DNA from: a virus
Strand: one strand, 5' to 3'
DNA length: 64,000 bases
Virus record (IMG/VR): IMGVR_UViG_3300028840_004648
Coordinates: 1-64,000 of that record
The position numbers and the translations under genes are program-made. How positions within the stretch are numbered: the first letter of the stretch is position 1; each line of letters opens with the position of its first letter. This document shows, piece by piece, positions 8,732 through 18,771 of this stretch. A model generated the notes under the pieces. That model made no database searches and had not been told where the DNA came from. It was given only the letters and a program-made list of their open reading frames with translations.

Positions 8732-10078
8732 ATGGATTTAATTCCATCGAATACTGTTGAACCTATAATGTTCAAATTATTCTGCTCTGATCCCAAATAT
8801 TGCACAATACTGGCGCCTCATTTTGAGCGCCAGTGGTTTGATGATGCTGACCTCGGATTAGTTTCCGAGGTCGTTCTCAAATATTTTGGAAAGTATATGA
8901 AGCTTCCAACACAATCAACAATTGAACTTATTGTTGAAAAGCAATTTAATGATCGAGCAACTGAAGTACAATCAAAAGTTACGTCAGCTTTTAACATTGA
9001 TACTGAAAAATATGACCGGGACTATTTAGATGATGAAGTGATGAAATACCTTCGTAATGGAGGTATCTACTGGACAATCATGGCAAACGTTGATGAGATT
9101 GCCAAGACACATTCAGTCAAACCAATGTTAGATAAATTACAATTTCTAACATCAATGAGTTTTGATGTTGATATCGGTCTTGATTATATTGAAAATATCA
9201 ATGATCACATTGCCGAAATTCTTGAAGAAGAATTAAGACTACCAACTTACTGGGATTCTATGGATCATGTAATGAATGGTGGTATGTATGTGGATGGTAG
9301 ATGTTTCTGTGTATTTCTAGGACAAACACACGTTGGTAAATCTCTAATTCTATCAAATCTTGCCGCTAATGCTATTAAACATGGTAAATTTGCATTGATT
9401 ATTACAATGGAAATGGCTGAGAAAGTATATGCAACACGTATTGATGCTCATCTAACGGGTGAAAATATCAATAAGTTGAAACATCATACTGATAAACTTA
9501 GAGATACTGTAGAATATATTAAAGGTGATCAACCAGAAGCTAAACTTGTAATTAAGGAATTTCCTCCTGATACTGTTAGTTGTGCGCACGTCAAAAATTA
9601 TATTGATAAGATTATTGGTGCATATGGTAGACGACCTGATATTATTTTAATTGATTATATCAACTTACTTGTACCAGAAGGTACACAAAATGATAATACT
9701 TATAATAAGTATCGTACGGTCGCAACTGAAATGAGACGTTTAAGTTACATTTTTAACCGACCAGTAGTTTCTGTAACACAGATGAATCGTGGTGGTTTTG
9801 GCTCAACTGATCCAGGTCTCGATGATACATCAGACTCGATGGGTATTCCAATGGTTGCTGATTTTGTAGGTGGTTTATATCAGAATGATGGCGATAGAAA
9901 CGCCGGAATATTAAACGTGGCAATTCTCAAAAATCGATTAGGTGGTATGATTGGTAAGAAATTACAATTTTCCATTGATTATGAGAATCTTAAAATCACT
10001 GATATTAAGAGTAGAACACAAGTACCAGAAGATGTAGTACATGATGTTCTAGAGGAAATAGGACTAGAAGACGTATGA
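8732..10078 (+). CDS. gp41: DnaB-family replicative helicase (T4 gp41-like)
   Basis: Walker A GQTHVGKS and DnaB C-terminal-domain motifs. Adjacent to uvsX. Confidence 0.85.
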   Translation: MDLIPSNTVEPIMFKLFCSDPKYCTILAPHFERQWFDDADLGLVSEVVLKYFGKYMKLPTQSTIELIVEKQFNDRATEVQSKVTSAFNIDTEKYDRDYLDDEVMKYLRNGGIYWTIMANVDEIAKTHSVKPMLDKLQFLTSMSFDVDIGLDYIENINDHIAEILEEELRLPTYWDSMDHVMNGGMYVDGRCFCVFLGQTHVGKSLILSNLAANAIKHGKFALIITMEMAEKVYATRIDAHLTGENINKLKHHTDKLRDTVEYIKGDQPEAKLVIKEFPPDTVSCAHVKNYIDKIIGAYGRRPDIILIDYINLLVPEGTQNDNTYNKYRTVATEMRRLSYIFNRPVVSVTQMNRGGFGSTDPGLDDTSDSMGIPMVADFVGGLYQNDGDRNAGILNVAILKNRLGGMIGKKLQFSIDYENLKITDIKSRTQVPEDVVHDVLEEIGLEDV

Positions 10079-10356
10079 GCAGTAAAATGCACATAATTAA
10101 TGAAATTGATCGAGGTCAATTTCACAAGAAGATTACTGATTATTATGGATCTAATGATCATGATGTTATTTCAACATTGATTAAACATGATTTAAAAGAT
10201 CTCTATAAGATGCAGGCGCTAATGAATTATGTTGGATTTGATGATGAAGAATTTTTTGCACACGCAGCTATTCTTTATTCAGAAATTTTCAATAAAATGA
10301 CTATTAAGAGAATTAGACTCAATTTGGAGTTACGTGATCATGAACTTAACAGCTGA
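10075..10356 (+). CDS. hypothetical protein
   Basis: ORF translationally coupled to the helicase. Confidence 0.4.
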   Translation: MSSKMHIINEIDRGQFHKKITDYYGSNDHDVISTLIKHDLKDLYKMQALMNYVGFDDEEFFAHAAILYSEIFNKMTIKRIRLNLELRDHELNS

Positions 10357-10990
10357 AGATCTCTATCAAATTTATCACAAAGAAACTAACTTTGCTGCTG
10401 GGCGTCCAGTACGTCAAGTTAAGAATTTTGAAAATGCTAAAAAGAAAACAACATGGAAACATTTTGAATTATTAGCAAGTTTCGTTAATCGTAATTGTGG
10501 TCAAATTGATGGTAGACTTTATGTTAAGTCTCTTGCGACATTTTTTGAAGGATATTTTGATCCATCATTATTTTGTACGCCAAAAGCAACTAAAATATAC
10601 AAAGAGTATATTACTGAAATCTCGATGGAAGCTACACCAGAATCCATTAAGAAACATTTACTGAGATCTATCAAATTTATTGTTAAATACTGTAGACAAA
10701 AGAATATTAAAAATCTCTGTGAATATATGAACGAGGATATGTATTTTATTCCAACTTCGTTAAAGCATCTTGATGCTGGTAGTATCTCAATGTATTTTTT
10801 AGCTGCTATTAAAAACTTACGAGTTTATATAGATAGTTATCCAATTGATTGTAAAATGGATTATCTTCCTAATTTTGATGAGGACTATAGTAAATATAGA
10901 ATGAGACTCATTTCAGTTAGAGATTTGAAAAAGATCTGGGATAATGTTGAAGAAATTATTGATGATATCTTATCAAAGGAACCTGAATAA
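10334..10990 (+). CDS. hypothetical protein, possible gp59-like helicase loader (by position only)
   Basis: A 218-aa ORF immediately upstream of the gp32 gene, as gene 59 is in T4. No sequence motif recognised. Confidence 0.3.
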   Translation: MIMNLTAEDLYQIYHKETNFAAGRPVRQVKNFENAKKKTTWKHFELLASFVNRNCGQIDGRLYVKSLATFFEGYFDPSLFCTPKATKIYKEYITEISMEATPESIKKHLLRSIKFIVKYCRQKNIKNLCEYMNEDMYFIPTSLKHLDAGSISMYFLAAIKNLRVYIDSYPIDCKMDYLPNFDEDYSKYRMRLISVRDLKKIWDNVEEIIDDILSKEPE

Positions 10991-11316
10991 TGATTAATGA
11001 AAAAATTGCTGAACTTATTGAATACATAACTCTTGTTGGTAGATTGAACGACAAATATACAGAAAATGTTCAAGATAACAAAAATGGTGTAATAGTTCAA
11101 GATTTTGGTTGGGTAGGATTTACTTATCAATCTGATGGCTATAATGATGCAATCTTTTTTAATGATATTTGTTTGTGGAATAGTGACGATGATTATCGCG
11201 AATACGATGATGAAAAAGATGACTACGCTGAAACTGTGGAAGAATATGTTACAAAGCGATATTTATGTCTTATAGCAAAATTACATATTAGTATAACTGA
11301 GAAAAATAATGAATGA
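10990..11316 (+). CDS. hypothetical acidic protein
   Basis: ORF coupled to the upstream gene. Confidence 0.4.
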   Translation: MINEKIAELIEYITLVGRLNDKYTENVQDNKNGVIVQDFGWVGFTYQSDGYNDAIFFNDICLWNSDDDYREYDDEKDDYAETVEEYVTKRYLCLIAKLHISITEKNNE

Positions 11317-11545
11317 TCTTAAAATATTCTTTGATGATTTTACAATGCTTGGGAAATTTACTATTGCTCCAATAATGTTAGTATTATGTTGTTTATGTAT
11401 TCCCCTTATGTTATTTGCATTTTTATTTGGATTTATATTTGTAATATTTTGTAAAATATGTGAGTTAATAAAATTAGATGTTATTGGTTTAAAAATCAAG
11501 CGTCTTTTCTTTAAAGAACCTTTTCCAGAATACGATAAATTTTAA
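11309..11545 (+). CDS. small hydrophobic membrane protein
   Basis: Two predicted TM helices. Confidence 0.35.
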   Translation: MNDLKIFFDDFTMLGKFTIAPIMLVLCCLCIPLMLFAFLFGFIFVIFCKICELIKLDVIGLKIKRLFFKEPFPEYDKF

Positions 11546-11624
11546 AACTTTTTTCGCTAAAAAGTTTACTTTTTTATTTTCTAGATTATAAATAAACATA
11601 AGATAGTGGTAATTAGGCATCACT

Positions 11625-11686
11625 ATCACATAATAAGAAAAAACCAAACAAAACCAAACAAAAAGTCAAAACCAAGGAGACAAAAA
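11625..11686 (+). promoter_or_regulatory. A/C-only unstructured leader upstream of the gp32 start
   Basis: aaaaaaccaaacaaaaccaaacaaaaagtcaaaaccaaggagacaaaaa contains almost no G or U, so it cannot base-pair. It ends in the RBS aaggag. Confidence 0.4.
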
Positions 11687-12742
11687 ATGAGCGGTTTAGT
11701 AAACAAAATGAAATTCAACGAAATCAAAAAGAAACTCGAAAAACAACAACAAACAAACTCCTCTTTCGGAGGCGAGCACGAACAGCAATGGAAACAGGGT
11801 AACACCTATAAATTCCGCCTCCTCTTCCCAGATCTCAATGATGCACCTGCATCAAGCGGACCATACTTCGAAAAATGGACTCATGGAGCACGTAATAGTG
11901 ATGATAAATATAAGATCGTCACATGTCCAACCACTTTCTATAATAGAACTGGCTTTGATAAGTGTCCTACTTGTAGTACAAATAGTGAATTGTGGAATAC
12001 TGAGGTCGAAGCAGATAAGGAAATTGCAAGAAAATTCCAACGCAAATTCAGCGGCTACGCATTGGCATACGTTGTATCCGATCCTGTCGATGAAGATGCA
12101 GTTGGTTCTGTAAAAGTACTTCGCTTTGGTATCAGAGAGTATAATAAGTTGAAAGGTTTGACACTTGGTGAAACCGTTGGTAAGAAGAAAGAAGAAATCA
12201 ATCCTGATACTTATATCGGTTATGAAGCCTTCTCATTCGATGCTGATGGTGTTGACCTTATTGTCGAAGTTTCTCAAAGTAAAGCTAATCCAAAATGGAA
12301 TGATTACGAACTTAGTTTTGCTCGTAAATCTTATGCTATTGAAGTTGATCTAGATGAATTGTTTGAAACCAAAATCAAGCCTGTTAAATACGGTGAAGAT
12401 ATTAAAGAAGAATCTGAAGCTACTCTTCAAAAATTCTTTGATGAGTGTGTACTTGGACATGTTCCAATGGATCGCCTCAATGGTAAAGATCAAACTGAAA
12501 CTGGTATCGACGCAGATATGCAAGATATGTTGAATGATTCCGCCAACGACTCTGCACCGGCTACGGCTCCAGTAGAGAAAGATGAAGAACTATCCAGTGC
12601 AGTTGAAGCTGATATCAATGATGAAGTTAATGCATTACTTAATGAAGTCAATGATGTAACTGAAGAACCTGCAGATGAAACTGATGATAACGATGTTGCT
12701 GATCTCCTTTCTAGTATCGAAGATCAAATCGCAGCTGAATAA
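11687..12742 (+). CDS. gp32: single-stranded DNA-binding protein (T4 gp32-like)
   Basis: Zinc ribbon KIVTCPTT...DKCPTCS and an acidic C-terminal tail, as in gp32. Start taken at MSGLVNK after the RBS; the upstream in-frame extension is unlikely. Confidence 0.8.
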   Translation: MSGLVNKMKFNEIKKKLEKQQQTNSSFGGEHEQQWKQGNTYKFRLLFPDLNDAPASSGPYFEKWTHGARNSDDKYKIVTCPTTFYNRTGFDKCPTCSTNSELWNTEVEADKEIARKFQRKFSGYALAYVVSDPVDEDAVGSVKVLRFGIREYNKLKGLTLGETVGKKKEEINPDTYIGYEAFSFDADGVDLIVEVSQSKANPKWNDYELSFARKSYAIEVDLDELFETKIKPVKYGEDIKEESEATLQKFFDECVLGHVPMDRLNGKDQTETGIDADMQDMLNDSANDSAPATAPVEKDEELSSAVEADINDEVNALLNEVNDVTEEPADETDDNDVADLLSSIEDQIAAE

Positions 12743-12762
12743 TTAGTTCTTAAGAGGTAACG

Positions 12763-13527
12763 ATGTCTAAAATTATAGTGAAGAATGTGAAATATCTTGA
12801 TCGATTTTTGAAGTCGATCACCCAATTCGTTCCTTCATGTAAGTTTGATATCGACTCTGACAAATGTGTCGTGCGCTCACAAAATCTGAGCGCACGCGCT
12901 TTTTTCACATCCAATGTGATTGTGGCTGAGTCCGAAATATCATTCTGCTTAAGCGAACTTGGTAAACTTTACCAGAGTATCAAAACTTTATCGGACTTTA
13001 AAGAAAGCGATAAAGAATGCGTGATTACTTATGACGGCACTTTTTTGAGAATGAAAGATGTGGTAAGTTTTAAACTCACAACAGTAAAAGAAGATGTAGT
13101 ACGAGATAATATTACTGCTGATCTCAAAACACAATTAACACCAGTTTTTGGTTTTAAATTGCGTAATGCAGTTATGAATAAAATGAAAACTATGCAATTT
13201 ATGTCTCAAGATACTACTCCAAAAGTTTACATCTACAAAGACAAAATTGGATCAGTTGATACTATTGTTGGAGAAATTGACAATAAGATTCAACAACTTA
13301 CAGATTCAATTGCAATTCCATTATCAACCACCTTCTTTGGTGATTGGGAAACATCAGTAATAACTGACCTTGAAAGCTTTGGACTTTGGAATCCAGTTAG
13401 CGCAGATGATATTAATGTATCATTTGTTACTAATGGTCAAGCAAAAGCCATTATTAGTTTAAGCGAGGTCAAAGAAGACGATGTCTATATTAAGACAAAA
13501 GTCTTATCATCGGTATTAAAACAATGA
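12763..13527 (+). CDS. possible sliding clamp (gp45-like)
   Basis: Size and position upstream of the clamp loader. Weak resemblance to the gp45 N-terminus. Confidence 0.4.
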   Translation: MSKIIVKNVKYLDRFLKSITQFVPSCKFDIDSDKCVVRSQNLSARAFFTSNVIVAESEISFCLSELGKLYQSIKTLSDFKESDKECVITYDGTFLRMKDVVSFKLTTVKEDVVRDNITADLKTQLTPVFGFKLRNAVMNKMKTMQFMSQDTTPKVYIYKDKIGSVDTIVGEIDNKIQQLTDSIAIPLSTTFFGDWETSVITDLESFGLWNPVSADDINVSFVTNGQAKAIISLSEVKEDDVYIKTKVLSSVLKQ

Positions 13528-13808
13528 ATAATTTGTATACACTTGGTTATTTTAGAAAAAGACTTCTAAATGCTGGTATCACATCAAAAATCTTAGTTAA
13601 GAGCTATAATGAAAATGATGATCGATATTGGACAATTAGTCTTTTTAATGATAAGTATATTTTTTGTACTTGTTATAAGATAGATTCTGAATTCTGGTTT
13701 GAATTCTGGGATGGAAATAACATCATTAAAAATAGACGAATTGTTAAAACTTTGTCAATGAATGTAATCATCAGATCATTAAATTCTTGGGTTTACTCTA
13801 ACAAATAG
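13524..13808 (+). CDS. hypothetical protein
   Basis: ORF coupled to the upstream gene. Confidence 0.35.
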   Translation: MNNLYTLGYFRKRLLNAGITSKILVKSYNENDDRYWTISLFNDKYIFCTCYKIDSEFWFEFWDGNNIIKNRRIVKTLSMNVIIRSLNSWVYSNK

Positions 13809-13841
13809 ATACACCTTATAAATATACAAAAAGGTGAAAAG

Positions 13842-14552
13842 ATGGCCGAAGAAAATCAAACTCCTGATGGTGGTGTTCCTGATCCTTCTAATAAAGGATC
13901 ACAAAAGCCAGTTTCCCCAACTGAAGATTCTTCAATTCAACGTGTAACAAGACTTGATTCTAAGCTTGAAGAAACTAAACTTGATTCAAGAATAGATGAT
14001 AATCGTCTTAAAACACGTATTGGTGAAGCAAGGGACCGAGTCCCAGAAAAAGAACAAGAAGATACTCGCAAACTCTATGGTAAAAAGAAGGGTCCAAAAG
14101 ATTCTATCTTACAAGATCCTAGAGCTAAAGTTGTTCCAACACCAAGAGATTATAACACCACACTTCGAATTTTCCAAACACATGTTGTTGAATTACGATT
14201 CAAACGTCGTATGAATATTCCAATCAACAGACCACCCGGACATGCTAAAGAAACTCGAAGAATGTTATGTACATCTAATTGGAAATTTCTTAGTCATGTA
14301 TTAACTCGAAAACTATTTGGTTGGAAAAATCCAAAATCACGTCGTGGTGTTAGTTGGTATAAGTCAAGAAACCTCTTAATTACTTGGGATTTCATGAAAA
14401 ATAATTTTAGAATGATATCGCTTGATGATTGGGAAATATTGGCTGTAACACCATTAGTTAATCTTTGGCAAAAAGGTGCCTTTATTGTATTTTATAAAGG
14501 ATATCTCAGTAGTTTGAATCGTAACGATCGTAATAATTTTTACGACGGTTAA
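13842..14552 (+). CDS. hypothetical basic W/R/K-rich protein
   Basis: ORF with RBS aaaaggtgaaaag and an upstream TATAAATA. Composition is unusual for this genome. Confidence 0.45.
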   Translation: MAEENQTPDGGVPDPSNKGSQKPVSPTEDSSIQRVTRLDSKLEETKLDSRIDDNRLKTRIGEARDRVPEKEQEDTRKLYGKKKGPKDSILQDPRAKVVPTPRDYNTTLRIFQTHVVELRFKRRMNIPINRPPGHAKETRRMLCTSNWKFLSHVLTRKLFGWKNPKSRRGVSWYKSRNLLITWDFMKNNFRMISLDDWEILAVTPLVNLWQKGAFIVFYKGYLSSLNRNDRNNFYDG

Positions 14553-14623
14553 GTTTATTTTGTCATTTTTGAGTTTATATACAAATAACGAAACTTATAA
14601 CAACTAATTAAGAGAATGTGCAT

Positions 14624-15520
14624 ATGGAAGAATGGGTCGAAAAATATAGACCAACTACAATAGATGATTTGATTCTTTCGGATAAAGATTTAGCAACCTT
14701 TAAACAATATATATCCAAAGGAACATTTCCTAATTGTACTTTTTATGGAAATCAAGGTATTGGTAAAACAAGTCTTGCCAAAATAATTATCAATTCAATT
14801 CCCGAAGCAACTTATTTGTTTATTAATGCATCAGCTGAAAATGGTATTGATGTAATTAGACATAAAGTAATTGAATTTACTGAGCGTGTTGGATTTGGTG
14901 GTATGAAATTCGTTATTTTAGATGAATGTAACCGTCTTACAAAGGATGCTCAAGAATCACTCAGAACTCCTATTGAAGGTTGTATTGATGATACTCGCTT
15001 TATATTAACTACTAATACACTTGATGCTGTTATTGATCCAATACAAAGCAGATGTATTCCTCTACCACTTAATCCTCCAATCAAGAAAATTTTTAGTAGA
15101 CTTCTTGAAATTTTAGAATTGGAAGGTATTGCAATAACACCTCAAAACAAAAAGCAAATTATTGAAAAAATTATCCAAAAGAATTATCCTGATATTAGAA
15201 TCATGATAAAACATTTGGAAATGTGTTGTATTGACGGTGAATTTAAATTGGTTGAACTCGATGATACAAAAGTCGATTCTATCGTAAAATTTATTTTAGA
15301 TAATGTTCATGATGTTAGAAAATGTCGTGAACATTGGATTAAGAATGAAGTTGAATTCAATAAAGATTATGTTGAATTAGCTCGTCATACTTTTAATATT
15401 GTTCAAACTGCACCACAAATGGAAGCAGTTGCAGAGCACTTATTTAGAATGTCGCAAGTTCTTGATAAGGAGATACAATATACCGCAATGGTTATTGATC
15501 TTGCGAAGGTCATGAAATGA
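14624..15520 (+). CDS. gp44: clamp loader large subunit (gp44/RFC-like AAA+)
   Basis: WVEKYRP N-terminal RFC box, Walker A GNQGIGKTS, and DEC (Walker B) in VILDECNRL. Confidence 0.8.
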   Translation: MEEWVEKYRPTTIDDLILSDKDLATFKQYISKGTFPNCTFYGNQGIGKTSLAKIIINSIPEATYLFINASAENGIDVIRHKVIEFTERVGFGGMKFVILDECNRLTKDAQESLRTPIEGCIDDTRFILTTNTLDAVIDPIQSRCIPLPLNPPIKKIFSRLLEILELEGIAITPQNKKQIIEKIIQKNYPDIRIMIKHLEMCCIDGEFKLVELDDTKVDSIVKFILDNVHDVRKCREHWIKNEVEFNKDYVELARHTFNIVQTAPQMEAVAEHLFRMSQVLDKEIQYTAMVIDLAKVMK

Positions 15521-15783
15521 TTAAAAAGATCAAAAAGCGTAATGTAATTAAATGGGAAGATTTCTATCGAGAGATAGAACTGATACGTCTCAAGAAGAAA
15601 AGTGAAGTAGAATACATTGGTACTTACAAAATTGGTAAGAAAGAATATAAAAGTAGTTTCACAATGAGCCGTGCATCATATGACGACAATCTGGATCAGG
15701 TTGAATACATCGATCAATTTGCAAAAGAACATATAGCAAATGATCTGGAACGACAAATTAATGGAGCTACCAAATGTCATTAA
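15517..15783 (+). CDS. hypothetical protein
   Basis: ORF coupled to gp44. Confidence 0.4.
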   Translation: MIKKIKKRNVIKWEDFYREIELIRLKKKSEVEYIGTYKIGKKEYKSSFTMSRASYDDNLDQVEYIDQFAKEHIANDLERQINGATKCH

Positions 15784-16217
15784 TTTTTAAGTGCGATGTT
15801 TGTGGAAAAGATAGTGCAATGACAGGTATTGATTTCTCTAATGGACCAATGTTCATTCGAAAGAGAAATCATGAAGGAAAGGTGGTACGAATCTTTCTTA
15901 ATATGATGATCGAAGATGAAGATGATTTTAAACGACTCATTGAAGCTAAAAAACAGATCATGAAAATGAAAAACATGTTTTCTCAAGAAGAAGCAATTAT
16001 GGAAGGAGAAGGAGAAGATGAAATAGAAGATTTCTTAGACTCAGAAGAATCTTTTGCTATTGAACTCGAAAATCCTTATCCAATGATTTGCAATCAATGT
16101 AAAAAATTACTTGCAAAAGATATATTGGAAAAGTCAGAATTTCCTGACGAAAAGAAAACATATTCAACGTCAAGTAAACGACTTGGCGATCTCAAAAAAT
16201 TACTGTCAAACGACTAA
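15774..16217 (+). CDS. hypothetical protein (candidate clamp-loader small subunit by position)
   Basis: Follows gp44 as gene 62 does in T4. Contains CxxC pairs. No motif support. Confidence 0.3.
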   Translation: MSLIFKCDVCGKDSAMTGIDFSNGPMFIRKRNHEGKVVRIFLNMMIEDEDDFKRLIEAKKQIMKMKNMFSQEEAIMEGEGEDEIEDFLDSEESFAIELENPYPMICNQCKKLLAKDILEKSEFPDEKKTYSTSSKRLGDLKKLLSND

Positions 16218-16244
16218 AAAAATTCCACAATAGGATACCAGCTA

Positions 16245-17498
16245 ATGAAGAATTTCATTATTGATTCTAATGTAATCATGTATGATCCTAATTGCATATA
16301 TGAATTCGAAGACAATAAAGTAATCATACTTTTTGAAGTATTAGAAGAACTAGATAAGTTTGCGAGCTTTAGAAGTGATGACGGAAACAACGTTCGTTCC
16401 GCAATAAGATTACTTGACGAATTGAGAGATCATGGTCATCTTAATAAAGGTGTTAAACTAGAAAATGGTGGTATAGTTATGGTTATGATTGGTCATGATC
16501 ATCCATCGCTTTCTACTGCTAAACCTACTAAAGATAACCGAATTCTTTCTACTGCTAAAACATTAAGAGAACACTCTGATAATCAAACTATCATTGTTAC
16601 GAAAAATGTGAGTCTTAGAGTTAGAGCTGATGCTCATGATATCAAAGCCGTTGATTATGAAAAAGACAAGTCTGCTTATGACTATACTGGTTGTGGCATA
16701 CTTGAAATCGATGAAGATCAGTTATCAAGATTAGAGAATGAAAATGTATTTTATACTGAAGAGCCACAAGAAGTAAACCAATATTTTAGATTCACTTGTG
16801 AAGGTGATAATGTTGGTATTCTTGGTAAACATACTGAAGATGGTCAAATAGTTAGAGTTTTTGAAAACGAAGCTATGAAAATCAAAAGCAGAAATATGGA
16901 ACAAGAATATGCTTTAGATGCGCTTATGGATGATAAAGTTACTGTTGTTACACTCCAAGCAAAAGCTGGTGCTGGTAAAACTTTATTAGCTATTGCGGCT
17001 GCACTTCAGAAAGTTAAAGATAAGACATATAAGAAAATTGTTGTTGCACGTCCAGTTATTTCAGTTGGTAGAGATATTGGTCACTTACCTGGTGAAATGG
17101 AAGAAAAGATGGCTCCATGGATGAAACCTATTATGGACAATATTGAAGTTATTGCAAACGGCGGACACTTCAAAGAAGCTGATTTAACAAAATATCTTGA
17201 AATTTCTCCACTATCTTATATTAGAGGGCGTTCATTTAGTAATGCTTATATTATTATTGATGAAGCTCAGAATCTTACACCACTTGAAATTAAGACTATT
17301 GTAACACGTGTTGGTCATGGAAGTAAGATTGTATTTACTGGAGATGTTAGTCAGATTGATATTCCAACATTGGATGAAACGAGTTCTGGATTTACTCACC
17401 TAATCAATAAATTCAAAGATCAATTGATCCATGCTCACGTCCAATTGACTAAATCAGAAAGAAGTCAAACAGCAGATATAGCAGCTGAATTGTTGTAA
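16245..17498 (+). CDS. phoH: PhoH-like ATPase with N-terminal PIN domain
   Basis: Walker A AKAGAGKTLLA. PhoH C-terminal motifs. The N-terminal ~130 aa are PIN-like. Confidence 0.85.
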   Translation: MKNFIIDSNVIMYDPNCIYEFEDNKVIILFEVLEELDKFASFRSDDGNNVRSAIRLLDELRDHGHLNKGVKLENGGIVMVMIGHDHPSLSTAKPTKDNRILSTAKTLREHSDNQTIIVTKNVSLRVRADAHDIKAVDYEKDKSAYDYTGCGILEIDEDQLSRLENENVFYTEEPQEVNQYFRFTCEGDNVGILGKHTEDGQIVRVFENEAMKIKSRNMEQEYALDALMDDKVTVVTLQAKAGAGKTLLAIAAALQKVKDKTYKKIVVARPVISVGRDIGHLPGEMEEKMAPWMKPIMDNIEVIANGGHFKEADLTKYLEISPLSYIRGRSFSNAYIIIDEAQNLTPLEIKTIVTRVGHGSKIVFTGDVSQIDIPTLDETSSGFTHLINKFKDQLIHAHVQLTKSERSQTADIAAELL

Positions 17499-17776
17499 TG
17501 AAAATTATTGGTGAAACTAGAGATGGAAAGAAAGTGGTAACTGAAGTATTTAAATTATATGATACTCGTGGGTTACCACTTTCTATTATTTTTCAATTAT
17601 GTGATGAACAAAATTTAATACCTTCTTGGATAGATTTTTATATTGATGCTATAAAAGCTGGATGGAAAGATAAGACTGTTAAATCACGTTTAAAAGATGA
17701 AATGAGTGATTATTATAGTCAAGAGTTTACTGAGAATGTAATTAAAAGACTTAACGAGTTTATAAATAATAATTGA
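17498..17776 (+). CDS. hypothetical protein
   Basis: ORF coupled to phoH. Confidence 0.45.
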   Translation: MKIIGETRDGKKVVTEVFKLYDTRGLPLSIIFQLCDEQNLIPSWIDFYIDAIKAGWKDKTVKSRLKDEMSDYYSQEFTENVIKRLNEFINNN

Positions 17777-17855
17777 ACCAAGTTTGAAGTAAATTATTGA
17801 CTACTAAAATAGTTAAAAATAATTCCAAATGTTAGTATACTTTGTATTTTTTGGA

Positions 17856-17865
17856 GTTATATTAA
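17856..17865 (+). promoter_or_regulatory. GTTATATTA promoter-like motif
   Basis: One of six intergenic copies, each upstream of a gene start. Confidence 0.35.
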
Positions 17866-17881
17866 AATATACCAATTAACA

Positions 17882-18334
17882 ATGAATCAAGACCAACATT
17901 CTGAGAAATTTATTGCATATAAAAAGTTAATGGGTGAGCAATTATGTTCCCTATGTAATCGATTTTTTAAGAATAAGGGATTTACCGAACATAAGCGTCA
18001 CTGTGAGAAGCGTGGTGGTGATTGGTCCCAGGAAGAAGTAATACGCGGTCCGTACCTTTGCAAATTTTGCGGTTGTGAGTGGCCGACGAGAGAAGCGCGT
18101 AATGGGCACCAAATAAAATGCAAGCTGAATCCAGAACGTGAATCATGCATCGAAAAAATTAGTAAATCGTGCATGGGTAGAGAAATGAGTGAAGAAGTGA
18201 AAGAAAAAATCAGCATCAGTATGAAAGAGTATAAAGCTAAGTGTAAGGAAATGGGTGACAAGATTGTCGGCAAGACTAATATTAAGGATACAGAGGGTGA
18301 TACAATCGAATTATTCTTCACAGATGAACTATGA
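17882..18334 (+). CDS. tandem C2HC zinc-finger protein
   Basis: Two repeats of C-x2-C-x12-H-x4-C (CSLCNRF...HKRHC and CKFCGCE...HQIKC). Confidence 0.5.
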   Translation: MNQDQHSEKFIAYKKLMGEQLCSLCNRFFKNKGFTEHKRHCEKRGGDWSQEEVIRGPYLCKFCGCEWPTREARNGHQIKCKLNPERESCIEKISKSCMGREMSEEVKEKISISMKEYKAKCKEMGDKIVGKTNIKDTEGDTIELFFTDEL

Positions 18335-18771
18335 ATGAAAAACAGCAACAAGAATTTATGCGCCAAAACAACACTGAAGCAAATAGTTGTGGAGGCAATC
18401 CAGTTGAACCAGACATACCTGCAAGTCAATTGGAATTAATGAGGATCGAGTCAAACTACAATACTGGAAGTAATTCATGGCATCCATCTAGAATTGATGC
18501 ATTCAAAATTGTAGTTCAACAAAAATTTTTACTTTTTCCTTTAACTAACAAAATAGACTGGGATACATCAAGGGGACTTGATGGCAAATTATGTCTAAAG
18601 TTGACTGTCCGTACTGAGGATCTCGGACAGCTATCAACTGATGTACCCATTGAATTATTAGAATCAGATAAATGTCCAGTGAATTTACCTGACATGTTGT
18701 TTGATGCATTTAAGGAAAAATTTGAGAACAAAAAAGAAAGGTTGTTTAAGGAATGGCAGCGAGAGAAGTGA
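18331..18771 (+). CDS. hypothetical protein
   Basis: ORF coupled to the upstream gene. Confidence 0.45.
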   Translation: MNEKQQQEFMRQNNTEANSCGGNPVEPDIPASQLELMRIESNYNTGSNSWHPSRIDAFKIVVQQKFLLFPLTNKIDWDTSRGLDGKLCLKLTVRTEDLGQLSTDVPIELLESDKCPVNLPDMLFDAFKEKFENKKERLFKEWQREK

